Assembly: GCA_016190215.1 (NCBI GenBank)
Contig: JACPRA010000027.1
Span: 6,659-70,658, forward strand
Length of the DNA: 64,000 nt
Reading direction: 5' to 3'
From: Candidatus Omnitrophota bacterium
GTDB lineage: Bacteria > Omnitrophota > Gorgyraeia > Aquiviventales > Aquiviventaceae
A program made the position numbers and the translations under genes. The notes under the pieces were generated by a model that worked only from the letters and a program-made list of their open reading frames with translations, was not told the origin of the DNA and ran no database searches. Every line of letters starts with the position of its first letter. Position 1 is the stretch's first letter. Below, piece after piece: positions 10,042 through 18,073 of the stretch.

Positions 10042-10860
10042 ATGACGCGTTCCGGACGAGCTGTGGTGATCTTGTTGGCCGCGGTGGCCGTCTTGGCCAT
10101 CGGGGTTGCCGGGGTAGCCATGATGTTCCAGATGAAGGAACGCGATCTTCGCATGGCGAAGGAGCGTGAATTGCTGCTGGTCCAATCCGAAAATCAGGAC
10201 CTGACGCAGCAGTTGGCCCAGGTGAAAACGGCCAAGGCGAAAGCCGAGCAAGATTTGGTCAAAGCCACGAGCCAGCTCGAGCAAGTCGTCCAGCAGCTCG
10301 CCGAGGAGCGCACCGCCAAAGACACGCTCGCCAAGTCGGTTGACGACCGGCAGCGCGAGATTGACCGCCTCACGAAAGATCTCGACCAAGTCCGCACCGA
10401 GAAAACCACGCTGAGCGACCAGCTGGCGGCGCTGAAGAACCAGCAGCAGGGCCTCCAGGAGCAGCTGTCGAAGGCGCAAGAAGCCAAGGAGGCCTTGGCG
10501 GCCAAGATTGAAGCCAGGGCCGGCTCCGACGAACCCACCGTCGAGCTCGACAAAGTCGTCGTGGCCAATCCCTCCGCGTCCGCGCCGTTTGCCTCCTCGT
10601 CGTCTTCCTCGCCCGCGCAGGCCGTGTCCGCATTGCAGGGCCAGGTGCTGGTCGTGAACCGGGAATACGATTTCATCGTCTTCAACCTCGGCAAGAACCA
10701 AGGACTCCAGATCGGCCAGGAGTTCCAAGTCATCCGCGGGCAGGAAGTGCTCGGGCGCGTGAAGGTGGAGAAAGTGTACGATGAGCTCTCCGCCGCCGCG
10801 CTCTTGCCTGACGCGAAAGAAGACTCGATCCGCGAAGGCGACGTCGTTCGCCCGATTTAA
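10042..10860 (+). CDS. Membrane-anchored coiled-coil protein with C-terminal beta domain (function unknown)
   Basis: GAGGAGG lies 11 nt upstream of the ATG at 10042. One TM helix (VVILLAAVAVLAIGVAGVAMM), about 150 aa of Q/E/K/L heptad-rich coiled coil, then a C-terminal segment VLVVNREYDFIVFNLGKNQGLQIGQEFQVIRG. Confidence 0.5.
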   Translation: MTRSGRAVVILLAAVAVLAIGVAGVAMMFQMKERDLRMAKERELLLVQSENQDLTQQLAQVKTAKAKAEQDLVKATSQLEQVVQQLAEERTAKDTLAKSVDDRQREIDRLTKDLDQVRTEKTTLSDQLAALKNQQQGLQEQLSKAQEAKEALAAKIEARAGSDEPTVELDKVVVANPSASAPFASSSSSSPAQAVSALQGQVLVVNREYDFIVFNLGKNQGLQIGQEFQVIRGQEVLGRVKVEKVYDELSAAALLPDAKEDSIREGDVVRPI

Positions 10861-10926
10861 TCGTTCCTCCTGCGCCGGTCCCGGCGCGGGTCGTACCGAC
10901 CGCCCTCCAGGAGATTCATTGCGCGC

Positions 10927-12255
10927 ATGGATGCCTTCCTGCGTCAGTCTTCGACCCTTACCGGCACGCTGACCGTCCCGCCGGATAAAGCCATTACGCA
11001 TCGGGCGCTGTTGTTGGCCTCCGTGCTGGAGGGTGTGACCGAGGTGGCTCCGTGGTCCGCCGCCGACGATTGCCGGCGGACGCTGGAGATGGTGGAAGGG
11101 CTGGGGGTGGGTGTGGAGCGGGTCGGTGGTGTGGTGCGCGTGACCGGGCGCGGCCTCCAGGGGTTGCGAGCACCCGCCGCGGATCTCTGGTGCGGAGAAT
11201 CCGGCACGACCATGCGGCTGAGCTGCGGCCTGCTGGCCGGCCAGCCCTTCCGCGCCCGTCTGACCGCCAGCCCGTCCTTATGCCGCCGGCCCATGCGCCG
11301 CGTGGCGGAGCCGCTGACCCGGATGGGGGCTGAGATCCAGGGGACAGGGACGGCGCTGGACCTCCACCCGCCGCTGAGCATCCACGGCCGCCGCCCCCTG
11401 ACCGCGATCACCTACCGGCCGCCGGTCGCCTCCGCTCAAGTCAAATCCGCCGTGTTGCTTGCCGGTCTCTGGGCCGATGGGCCGACCACGGTGGACGAGC
11501 TAGCCCCGACCCGCGACCATACCGAGCGGCTGCTCGCCCATCTCGGGGTGCCGGTGACGCGGCGCGACTTGAGCGTGACCATAGCACCCGTCACTCGCCC
11601 GCTGCCCTCGCCGGGCCGGTTGACCATTCCCGGCGATCCCTCCAGTGCTGCTTTTCTCATCGTGGCGGCCGCGATCGTGCCGGATGCTCGCCTCGTGCTG
11701 CGGGACATCGGATTGAATCCGACCCGCATGCATTTTCTCCAGGTGCTGCAACGCATGGGCGCGTCGGTGGAGTGGAAAGTGGAGGAGGACGGATGGGAGC
11801 CGCGCGGCACGATCACGGTGACGTCCAGCCGCCTGACGGGTGTGACAGTGCCGGCGCGGGAGATCCCGCTCGTGATTGACGAGCTGCCGATCCTGATGGC
11901 GGCCGCCTGTGCCGCCGATGGCGTCACGATGTTTGAAGAGGTCGGTGAGCTCAAGGTCAAGGAAACTGACCGGCAGCATTCGATGGCGGAGGGGTTGTCG
12001 CGCTTGGGCGCGTCGGTCACGGCGCACGGCCGCTCGGGCATCGCGGTGGCCTCCTCGCGCCTGAGGGGCGCGGTGGTGGAGAGCTACGGAGACCACCGCA
12101 CCGCGATGAGCCTGGCGGTGGCCGGCCTGTTGGCTGAAGGGGAGACCCGCATCCGCGGGGCGGAGTGCGTGTCGAAATCGTTCGGCGATTTCTTTGAGGT
12201 ATTGGCGTCGGTGGCCGCCCCCGGCGCCGTCCGCTGTGAAGTTGACAAGCCTTAG
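10927..12255 (+). CDS. aroA: 3-phosphoshikimate 1-carboxyvinyltransferase (EPSP synthase)
   Basis: N-terminal PPDKAITHRALLLA, plus GESGTTMRL and other EPSP synthase hallmarks. Length is typical for the family. Confidence 0.85.
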   Translation: MDAFLRQSSTLTGTLTVPPDKAITHRALLLASVLEGVTEVAPWSAADDCRRTLEMVEGLGVGVERVGGVVRVTGRGLQGLRAPAADLWCGESGTTMRLSCGLLAGQPFRARLTASPSLCRRPMRRVAEPLTRMGAEIQGTGTALDLHPPLSIHGRRPLTAITYRPPVASAQVKSAVLLAGLWADGPTTVDELAPTRDHTERLLAHLGVPVTRRDLSVTIAPVTRPLPSPGRLTIPGDPSSAAFLIVAAAIVPDARLVLRDIGLNPTRMHFLQVLQRMGASVEWKVEEDGWEPRGTITVTSSRLTGVTVPAREIPLVIDELPILMAAACAADGVTMFEEVGELKVKETDRQHSMAEGLSRLGASVTAHGRSGIAVASSRLRGAVVESYGDHRTAMSLAVAGLLAEGETRIRGAECVSKSFGDFFEVLASVAAPGAVRCEVDKP

Positions 12256-12270
12256 CGCCTTTGTTACGAT
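12242..12270 (+). promoter_or_regulatory. Sigma70-type promoter (TTGACA-17 nt-TACGAT) for mreB operon
   Basis: Read directly from the sequence. The -35 lies inside the last codons of aroA. Confidence 0.35.
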
Positions 12271-12291
12271 GCCCGTAGATACCCTCCCGCT

Positions 12292-13371
12292 ATGAGACGC
12301 CTTTTCAACGCGATCCGCCGGTTTTTCAAAGGCCTCACCAACTCTTTTTTTGCCAGCATGTCCAATGATCTCGCCATTGACCTGGGCACGGCCACCACGC
12401 TGGTGTTCGTGAAAGGGCGGGGTATTGTGCTGTGCGAGCCCTCGGTCGTGGCGATCCAGCGTGGGTCCAGCAAGGTACTGGCGGTGGGGGAAGAGGCCAA
12501 GCGGATGATCGGCCGCACGCCTGGCAACATTTCCGCCATCCGCCCCATGAAGGACGGCGTGATCGCGGATTTCGAGGTGACCGAGGCGATGCTGCGGTAC
12601 TTCATCAAGAAGGTGCAGTCGCGCAAACTCAATAAGCCGCTCGTGGTGGTGGCGATCCCCTCCGGCATCACCGAGGTGGAAAAGCGGGCCGTGCGCGATT
12701 CCGCGCTGCGCGCGGGAGCCCGGGAAGTCTACCTCGTGGAAGAGCCCAAGGCGGCGGCCATCGGTGTCGGGCTGCCCATCCATGAGCCGGGCGGCAACAT
12801 GATTATCGATATCGGCGGCGGCACCACCGAAATGGCGGTCATCTCGCTGGACGGTGTCGTGATCTCGAAATCCATACGGATCGCCGGCGATGAGCTGGAT
12901 CAAGCGATCGTCGAGCATCTGCGCAAGACCTTCAACTTGATGATCGGGGAGCGCACGGCCGAGGAAATCAAAATCCGCGTGGGCTCCGCCTATCCGCTGG
13001 AGCAGGAGCTGACGATGGACGTCCGCGGCCGCGACTTGGGCGGCGGGTTGCCCAAAACCGTCACGATCACCTCAGAAGAAATCCGCGAAGCGCTCTCGGA
13101 GCCGGTCCGCATCATCGTCGAGTCGGCCCGGGCGACCCTGGAAAAAACCCCGCCGGAGTTGGCGGCGGACCTCATTGACCGGGGCATCGTGCTCGCCGGC
13201 GGCAGCTCGCAGTTGCGCGGATTGGACCGGCTGCTGGCGGAAGAGACCGGCTTGCCCGTGCACGTGGCCGACAGTCCGGTGACGGCGGTGGCCTTAGGGG
13301 TCGGCAAAGGCCTCGAAGACATCCGGTATCTGCGCAGCAGAATCGCCATCTCCAACGGCTCAGAACTCTAA
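12292..13371 (+). CDS. mreB: Rod shape-determining actin homologue MreB
   Basis: [33 protein letters not shown] and [14 protein letters not shown] motifs. Confidence 0.95.
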   Translation: MRRLFNAIRRFFKGLTNSFFASMSNDLAIDLGTATTLVFVKGRGIVLCEPSVVAIQRGSSKVLAVGEEAKRMIGRTPGNISAIRPMKDGVIADFEVTEAMLRYFIKKVQSRKLNKPLVVVAIPSGITEVEKRAVRDSALRAGAREVYLVEEPKAAAIGVGLPIHEPGGNMIIDIGGGTTEMAVISLDGVVISKSIRIAGDELDQAIVEHLRKTFNLMIGERTAEEIKIRVGSAYPLEQELTMDVRGRDLGGGLPKTVTITSEEIREALSEPVRIIVESARATLEKTPPELAADLIDRGIVLAGGSSQLRGLDRLLAEETGLPVHVADSPVTAVALGVGKGLEDIRYLRSRIAISNGSEL

Positions 13372-13416
13372 CACCCCGTCCTTCTGGGGCCTGTCTCGCA
13401 ACCAGGCACCGCATCC

Positions 13417-14166
13417 GTGCGTCGTCTGACAGTCCGCCTGCTTTCTCTCAGCCTTCTCCTTGCGCTTCTCAGCGCAGCTCCTGTTCGCCGTGCCGCCCTC
13501 CACGTGTTCCGGTTCCCCCTTGAAATCGTGCAGGGCGCCATCCGAATCGGCTGGTGGCTGCCCCAGCTGCCGCGCGTGAGCGCCGAGCACGGCGCGCTGC
13601 GGCGGCAGTTGGCCGCCGATCAATTGGAATTGGCTCGCCTGCGGGAAGCGCTCCGTCATGCCTCCGCCACCGCGGCGCTGACGTCCTCCGAGCTGCCGGG
13701 CGCCCTGGTCGGCAGCGTTATGGGGCGGACGCTGCTGCCGACCCAGCAGAGCATCTTGATCAACCGCGGGGAGCGGGACGGGGTCAAGGCCGGCAGCCTC
13801 CTGATGAGCTCCGAGGGGTTGGTGGGCCGGGTGATCGAAACGACTCCCGCGACCAGCCTCGGCCTGCTGGTGACGGATTCCGACAGCCGCGTGGCCGCCT
13901 TGACGGAGCGGACGCGCGAAACCGGATTGCTCGTCGGCATGGCCGGGTCGTGGTGCCAGTTCATCTATGTGGATCCGGAAGCCGATATCGTCGTTGGAGA
14001 TCGCGTCGTGACGGCCGGGCTGGATGGCGCGTTTCCCAAGGGGTTGCCGGTGGGGACCGTGGACCAGGTGGTCCGGCACGGGGGCGGGACGTCGCTCTCC
14101 GTTCGGGTGCGCCCGGCGGCCATGCTGCGCCGGATCGAAGAAGTGCTGATTATTCCGCCAGGATGA
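13417..14166 (+). CDS. mreC: Rod shape-determining protein MreC
   Basis: Position after mreB. N-terminal anchor, coiled segment and C-terminal beta domains (GDRVVTAGLDGAFPKGLPVG). Confidence 0.8.
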   Translation: MRRLTVRLLSLSLLLALLSAAPVRRAALHVFRFPLEIVQGAIRIGWWLPQLPRVSAEHGALRRQLAADQLELARLREALRHASATAALTSSELPGALVGSVMGRTLLPTQQSILINRGERDGVKAGSLLMSSEGLVGRVIETTPATSLGLLVTDSDSRVAALTERTRETGLLVGMAGSWCQFIYVDPEADIVVGDRVVTAGLDGAFPKGLPVGTVDQVVRHGGGTSLSVRVRPAAMLRRIEEVLIIPPG

Positions 14167-14636
14167 GCCGCGTGCTGCTCGTGGGAATGGCGGTCTTCCT
14201 GCAGGTGGCCCTGGGCGGCGTGCTGAGCTCCCCGTGGTGGATGCCGGATGTGGTGCTGATCGTCCTCGCCCTCGTCGCCATGGAGGCCGCCGATCCGCCG
14301 TGGGGCGCCTTGGCGGCGGCGGCGGCCGGGGCCGTCCTCGCCAGCGCGCGGGATTGGCTGCCCGTCGGCGCCGTCTATGCCGCTGCGGGAGCGGTGATCT
14401 GGTGGCTCGCGCACCGGTGGGATTTGGAAGCGGCCTCGCACCGGCTGCTCGTCATGGCCCTCGCGGAGGGCGGGATCCTGGCCTGCTGGCTGGCGGTGGA
14501 GCTGGCCGCCGGGCGCGTGGAAGGGAATCGCCTCGGGGGGTGGATCGCGCTGCTGGGATGGGTCGCTGTCAGAGTGGCGATGACGACCGGCGCGGCCTGG
14601 GGCGTCCTCCGTCTCCGGTCCCGGTTTGCTAGCTGA
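14163..14636 (+). CDS. mreD: Rod shape-determining protein MreD
   Basis: Polytopic hydrophobic protein starting at the ATG at 14163, which overlaps the mreC stop (ATGA). The 13554 track start lies inside mreC in another frame. Confidence 0.65.
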   Translation: MSRVLLVGMAVFLQVALGGVLSSPWWMPDVVLIVLALVAMEAADPPWGALAAAAAGAVLASARDWLPVGAVYAAAGAVIWWLAHRWDLEAASHRLLVMALAEGGILACWLAVELAAGRVEGNRLGGWIALLGWVAVRVAMTTGAAWGVLRLRSRFAS

Positions 14637-14647
14637 GCGCGCGCGGG

Positions 14648-16429
14648 ATGCCCTCTCGTCTGATTTGGTTCCGGCGCGTCCTGGTGGCCGCGTTGGCATG
14701 CCTGGTGTTTCGGCTCGCCGGGCTGCAGTTGTGGGAGGGGGCTCGCTATCGCGCGCTGGCGGAGCGTAACCGGGTGCGGGTGGTGCCGGAGCCGGCCCCG
14801 CGCGGCCGGATCGTGGATCGCCACGGGCGTCTGTTGGCGGCGACGCGGCCGATCTTCCGCGTCGCGGCGATTCCGCAAGAGTTTTCCAGCGAGACGCGAT
14901 GGCGGTGGCGGGAGTCGGCCCAGCGCGCTGGCACGGTGTCCCGGGCCGAGGCCTTCGCCCGCCTGAGTCCCTTCGTGGGCGTGCCCCCCGCAGAGCTGGA
15001 GCAGCGGTTTCGGGCCCAGCGCACCCTCCCCTTTGTTCCCGCCACGATCGTGCCGGAGGTGACCAAGCTGCAGGCGTTGCAGATCGCCGAAGCGCATCTG
15101 GAGCTGCCGGGCATCGTGGTGGAGCCCGTACCCGTCCGCGACTACCCGCTGGGCTCCGCTGCGGCCCATCTCATCGGCTATGTCGGCCAGCCGACGGAGG
15201 AGGCGTTTCCGGTCCTGAAGCAGTACGGGGTGCGCCCCACCGATGCCGTCGGGCGGTCGGGAATCGAGAAAGAATTCGAGGCCTATCTCCGCGGCCGCTC
15301 CGGCGGGTCTGTCATCGAGGTGGATCATCGGGCGCGGCAAGTCCGGTTGCTGGGCCGCCGCGAGGCGGAAGCCGGACAGACTGTCGCGCTGACCGTTGAT
15401 GCGCAGCTCTGCTCGCTGATTGCGCGCCGGTTCGGGGATCAGCCCGGGGCGGCGGTCGTCGTGCAGCCCTCGACGGGAGAAGTGCTGGCCCTGGTGAGCG
15501 TGCCGGATTTTGACCCGGGCCTCTTTGTCCGGCAGGATCGCCGGGAACTGCAGCGCGTCCTCACGGACCCGCAGTCTCCGCTGCTGGATCGCGCGACGAT
15601 GGGACAATACACGCCCGGCTCCATCATCAAGCTGCTGACGGCGGCCATTGCGCTGCAGCAGCATCTCGTCACGCCGGCGACGCCGCTGCCGTGCCTCGGC
15701 TATGTCCAGATCGGCGACCGGCGCTTCCATTGCTGGAATCGCGATGGGCATGGCCCGGTGACGCTGCGCGAGGCCCTCACGGTGTCCTGCAACAGCTATT
15801 TTCTGGAGGTCGGACACCGGCTGGGGCTGGAGCGGCTTCGCGCCGGATTTCAGCGCGCCGGGTTGGGGCGGCGGACCGGCTGGGTCTTGGGCGATCAGCC
15901 CGGGCATCTTCCCCCGCCAAGCCGGCGGCTCACCGAAGGAGAGGCCACGCTGCTGGCCATCGGGCAGGGAGAAATCCTGCTCACGCCGCTGCAGGCGGCC
16001 GTCATGGTCGGCGCCGTCGCCAACGGCGGGTGGCTCATGCGGCCCTGGGTGGTCAAGCAAATCGGCGAGCGCGCGATTGAGCCGTCCGCCGGCGTCTCGC
16101 TGGGGTGGCCGCGCGAGACGTTCGATCGCTTGCGGGAGGGCATGGTGGCGGTGGTGAACGCTCCGCACGGCACCGGCGCGCACGCCCACAGCGATCAGGT
16201 GCGCATTGCGGGGAAAACCGGCACGGCACAAACCCACGTGCCGGGCCGGCCCAACGGCTGGTTCGTGGGATTTTGTCCCGTGGACCATCCGGTGGTGGCG
16301 CTGGCCGTGGTGGCGGAGCACGGCGGCTCCGGAGGCGAGCTGCCCTCGCTGATCGGCAAGGCGGTCTGTGAATACGTGGCGGCCCATCCCGAGGCTGTCT
16401 CGTCGCCCGAGGAGGCCGGCGCGTCATGA
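14648..16429 (+). CDS. mrdA: Penicillin-binding protein 2 (elongasome transpeptidase)
   Basis: SxxK (GSIIKL), SxN (SCNSYF) and KTG (GKTGTAQ) motifs. Located between mreD and rodA. Confidence 0.9.
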   Translation: MPSRLIWFRRVLVAALACLVFRLAGLQLWEGARYRALAERNRVRVVPEPAPRGRIVDRHGRLLAATRPIFRVAAIPQEFSSETRWRWRESAQRAGTVSRAEAFARLSPFVGVPPAELEQRFRAQRTLPFVPATIVPEVTKLQALQIAEAHLELPGIVVEPVPVRDYPLGSAAAHLIGYVGQPTEEAFPVLKQYGVRPTDAVGRSGIEKEFEAYLRGRSGGSVIEVDHRARQVRLLGRREAEAGQTVALTVDAQLCSLIARRFGDQPGAAVVVQPSTGEVLALVSVPDFDPGLFVRQDRRELQRVLTDPQSPLLDRATMGQYTPGSIIKLLTAAIALQQHLVTPATPLPCLGYVQIGDRRFHCWNRDGHGPVTLREALTVSCNSYFLEVGHRLGLERLRAGFQRAGLGRRTGWVLGDQPGHLPPPSRRLTEGEATLLAIGQGEILLTPLQAAVMVGAVANGGWLMRPWVVKQIGERAIEPSAGVSLGWPRETFDRLREGMVAVVNAPHGTGAHAHSDQVRIAGKTGTAQTHVPGRPNGWFVGFCPVDHPVVALAVVAEHGGSGGELPSLIGKAVCEYVAAHPEAVSSPEEAGAS

Positions 16430-17496
16430 GGAAGATACCGTGGGACATGCCGCTGCTGCTGGCCGCGGGGGCGTTGAGCTGCATCAGCCTGATCGCGTTG
16501 GCCTCCGCCGCGGCCACGCTGAATCCGTCCTTGGTCTGGCGGCAGGCCGTGTGGGTGGGAGTGGGGATGGGAGTAGCCTGGCTGATGGCCTCTGTGCCGT
16601 ATCCCAAGTGGCTCGATCTGGCGCCGGTCTGGTACGCGGGCGCGGTGGGGCTGCTGGTCATCGTCTTCATCGCCGGCACCATGAAGCTGGGCGCGACCCG
16701 CTGGCTGACGATCGTGGGATTCAGCCTGCAGCCGTCGGAATGCGCCAAGCTGGCCGTGGCGTTCCTCTTGGCCCGATCACTCGGCCATCGGAGCGCGCCA
16801 TTGTCCTGGCGGGACCTCGCCGGCTCCGCCCTGGTCGCCGGGCTGCCTGCGGTGCTGATTTTTCTCCAGCCGGATTTGGGCTCCAGCTCTATCCTGCTGG
16901 CCATGTGGCTGGGGGTCGTGTGGGTGGCCGGCATCGCGCCGAAGCAACTGCTGCTGTTGGGAATCGCGGCGGCGGCCGTGACGCCGATCGGCTGGCATGC
17001 GCTGAAGGAATTTCAACGCCTGCGCCTGCTGGCGTTCATCAACCCGCATGCGGATCCCCTGGGGGCGGGCTACACCATCATTCAATCGCAGATCGCCATC
17101 GGTTCCGGAGGGTTCTGGGGCCGGGGGTGGCTCTCCGGGACGCAGAGCCAGCTTAATTTCTTGCCCGAGCGCCACGCGGATTTCCTTTTCTCGGTCATCG
17201 GGGAAGAGTGGGGGTGGTGGGGAGCGGTCCTCGTCGTGGCTTGCATCGGATGCGTGATCTGGCGGGCGCTGGCGATCGCCCTGCGCAACTCGGAATCCCA
17301 GGGCCGGTTGCTGGCGGCGGCGCTGGTCTCTTGGCTGGGGTATCAGGCCGTCATCAATATCGCCATGGTCATGGGCATGGTGCCGGTGGTGGGTATTCCG
17401 TTGCCGTTCGTCAGCTACGGGGGGTCGGCCATGGTCATGACGTGGACCGCCGTCGGCCTCTTGCAAAGTATCCACCGCTTTGGGACTCGCTTCTGA
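16426..17496 (+). CDS. rodA: SEDS-family peptidoglycan glycosyltransferase RodA
   Basis: FtsW/RodA/SpoVE family polytopic protein (PERHADFLFSVIGEEWG, GIPLPFVSYGGS). The start overlaps the mrdA stop. Confidence 0.9.
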   Translation: MRKIPWDMPLLLAAGALSCISLIALASAAATLNPSLVWRQAVWVGVGMGVAWLMASVPYPKWLDLAPVWYAGAVGLLVIVFIAGTMKLGATRWLTIVGFSLQPSECAKLAVAFLLARSLGHRSAPLSWRDLAGSALVAGLPAVLIFLQPDLGSSSILLAMWLGVVWVAGIAPKQLLLLGIAAAAVTPIGWHALKEFQRLRLLAFINPHADPLGAGYTIIQSQIAIGSGGFWGRGWLSGTQSQLNFLPERHADFLFSVIGEEWGWWGAVLVVACIGCVIWRALAIALRNSESQGRLLAAALVSWLGYQAVINIAMVMGMVPVVGIPLPFVSYGGSAMVMTWTAVGLLQSIHRFGTRF

Positions 17497-17500
17497 ACAA

Positions 17501-17558
17501 CTGTGACAAGTGACAGGTGACATGTCACATGTAACCTGTAACATGTGACATATGTCAC
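17501..17558. repeat. Tandem heptamer array (NNGTRAC / GTCAC), about 8 units, partly self-complementary
   Basis: CTGTGAC AAGTGAC AGGTGAC ATGTCAC ATGTAAC CTGTAAC ATGTGAC ATATGTCAC. Confidence 0.85.
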
Positions 17559-17582
17559 TTTGCACCATTGAGGAAAGGTGCC

Positions 17583-17612
17583 TTGATGCGCGGCGAGCGC
17601 GTATGATATAGT
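17583..17612 (+). promoter_or_regulatory. Sigma70-type promoter (TTGATG-18 nt-TATAGT) feeding the riboswitch leader
   Basis: Read directly from the sequence. The spacing and -10 form match other candidate promoters in this window. Confidence 0.4.
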
Positions 17613-17619
17613 TCAGACA

Positions 17620-17753
17620 GAGACGATCGACGAACGGGCAAACCTCCGCCACACATCGTGGCGGACCCGCCGAGGGTGTAGGGGCGGGCGCCGCAAGGCA
17701 GGGACGCAAAGCTTCTGACCCCGCGCGCGCGGGGTAGCAGGGCTGCCGAATGG
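17620..17753 (+). promoter_or_regulatory. c-di-GMP-I (GEMM-I) riboswitch aptamer
   Basis: Contains the hallmark segments GGGCAAACC (17636-17644), GGGACGCAAAGC (17701-17712) and GGUAGCAGGGCUGCCGAAUGG (17732-17753). For comparison, V. cholerae Vc2 has GGGCAAACC...GGGACGCAAAGCC...GGUAGCGGGGUUACCGAUGG. The first hairpin carries an enlarged branched insert. Confidence 0.65.
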
Positions 17754-17766
17754 CACACGTGGACCC

Positions 17767-17799
17767 GCACGCCCTGGCACCAGGGCGTGCAATTTTTTT
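17767..17799 (+). terminator. Intrinsic terminator (riboswitch expression platform)
   Basis: GCACGCCCT-GGCACC-AGGGCGTGC stem-loop followed by AATTTTTTT. It sits just before the SD (GAGGGGGAG) and the ATG at 17816. Confidence 0.8.
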
Positions 17800-17815
17800 G
17801 AGGGGGAGCAGGCGC

Positions 17816-18073
17816 ATGAACGGACCGCATCTTCGGGCGCACCGGGTCATTGCCTCCTTAAACCGCGAGCAGGTGGACGCCTTGGATAAGGTCGGCAAGG
17901 ATGCCCTCTTTTCCGCCGGGGTGAAGCTCTCCCGCACGCACATCATCTCCGTCTTGGTCAACGTGCTCCAACGGCTCCACGTCAGCGGCAACGGGGTTCG
18001 GACCCCGGACGAGCTGGAGCAGCGGATTCTAGGCCGGGTCACGAAAGGTCGAGGAGGAAAGCCCCATGGCTGA
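17816..18073 (+). CDS. Small protein, possible ribbon-helix-helix fold (function unknown)
   Basis: Strong SD upstream of the ATG at 17816; the track start at 17750 lies inside the riboswitch and terminator. The N-terminus HRVIASLNREQVDALDKV looks like a beta-strand plus helix. The stop overlaps the next gene. Confidence 0.45.
   Translation: MNGPHLRAHRVIASLNREQVDALDKVGKDALFSAGVKLSRTHIISVLVNVLQRLHVSGNGVRTPDELEQRILGRVTKGRGGKPHG

Noticed and set aside
13554-14636. 360-aa ORF spanning mreC and mreD.
   Set aside because: The first about 200 codons are an alternate frame of mreC (Arg/Gly/Ala-rich). Only the part from the ATG at 14163, which overlaps the mreC stop, is hydrophobic and MreD-like.
17750-17815. 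Track start (ATG at 17750) for the small ORF downstream of rodA.
   Set aside because: That start lies inside the riboswitch 3' end and the terminator hairpin. The ATG at 17816 has a well-spaced GAGGGGGAG SD immediately after the terminator.
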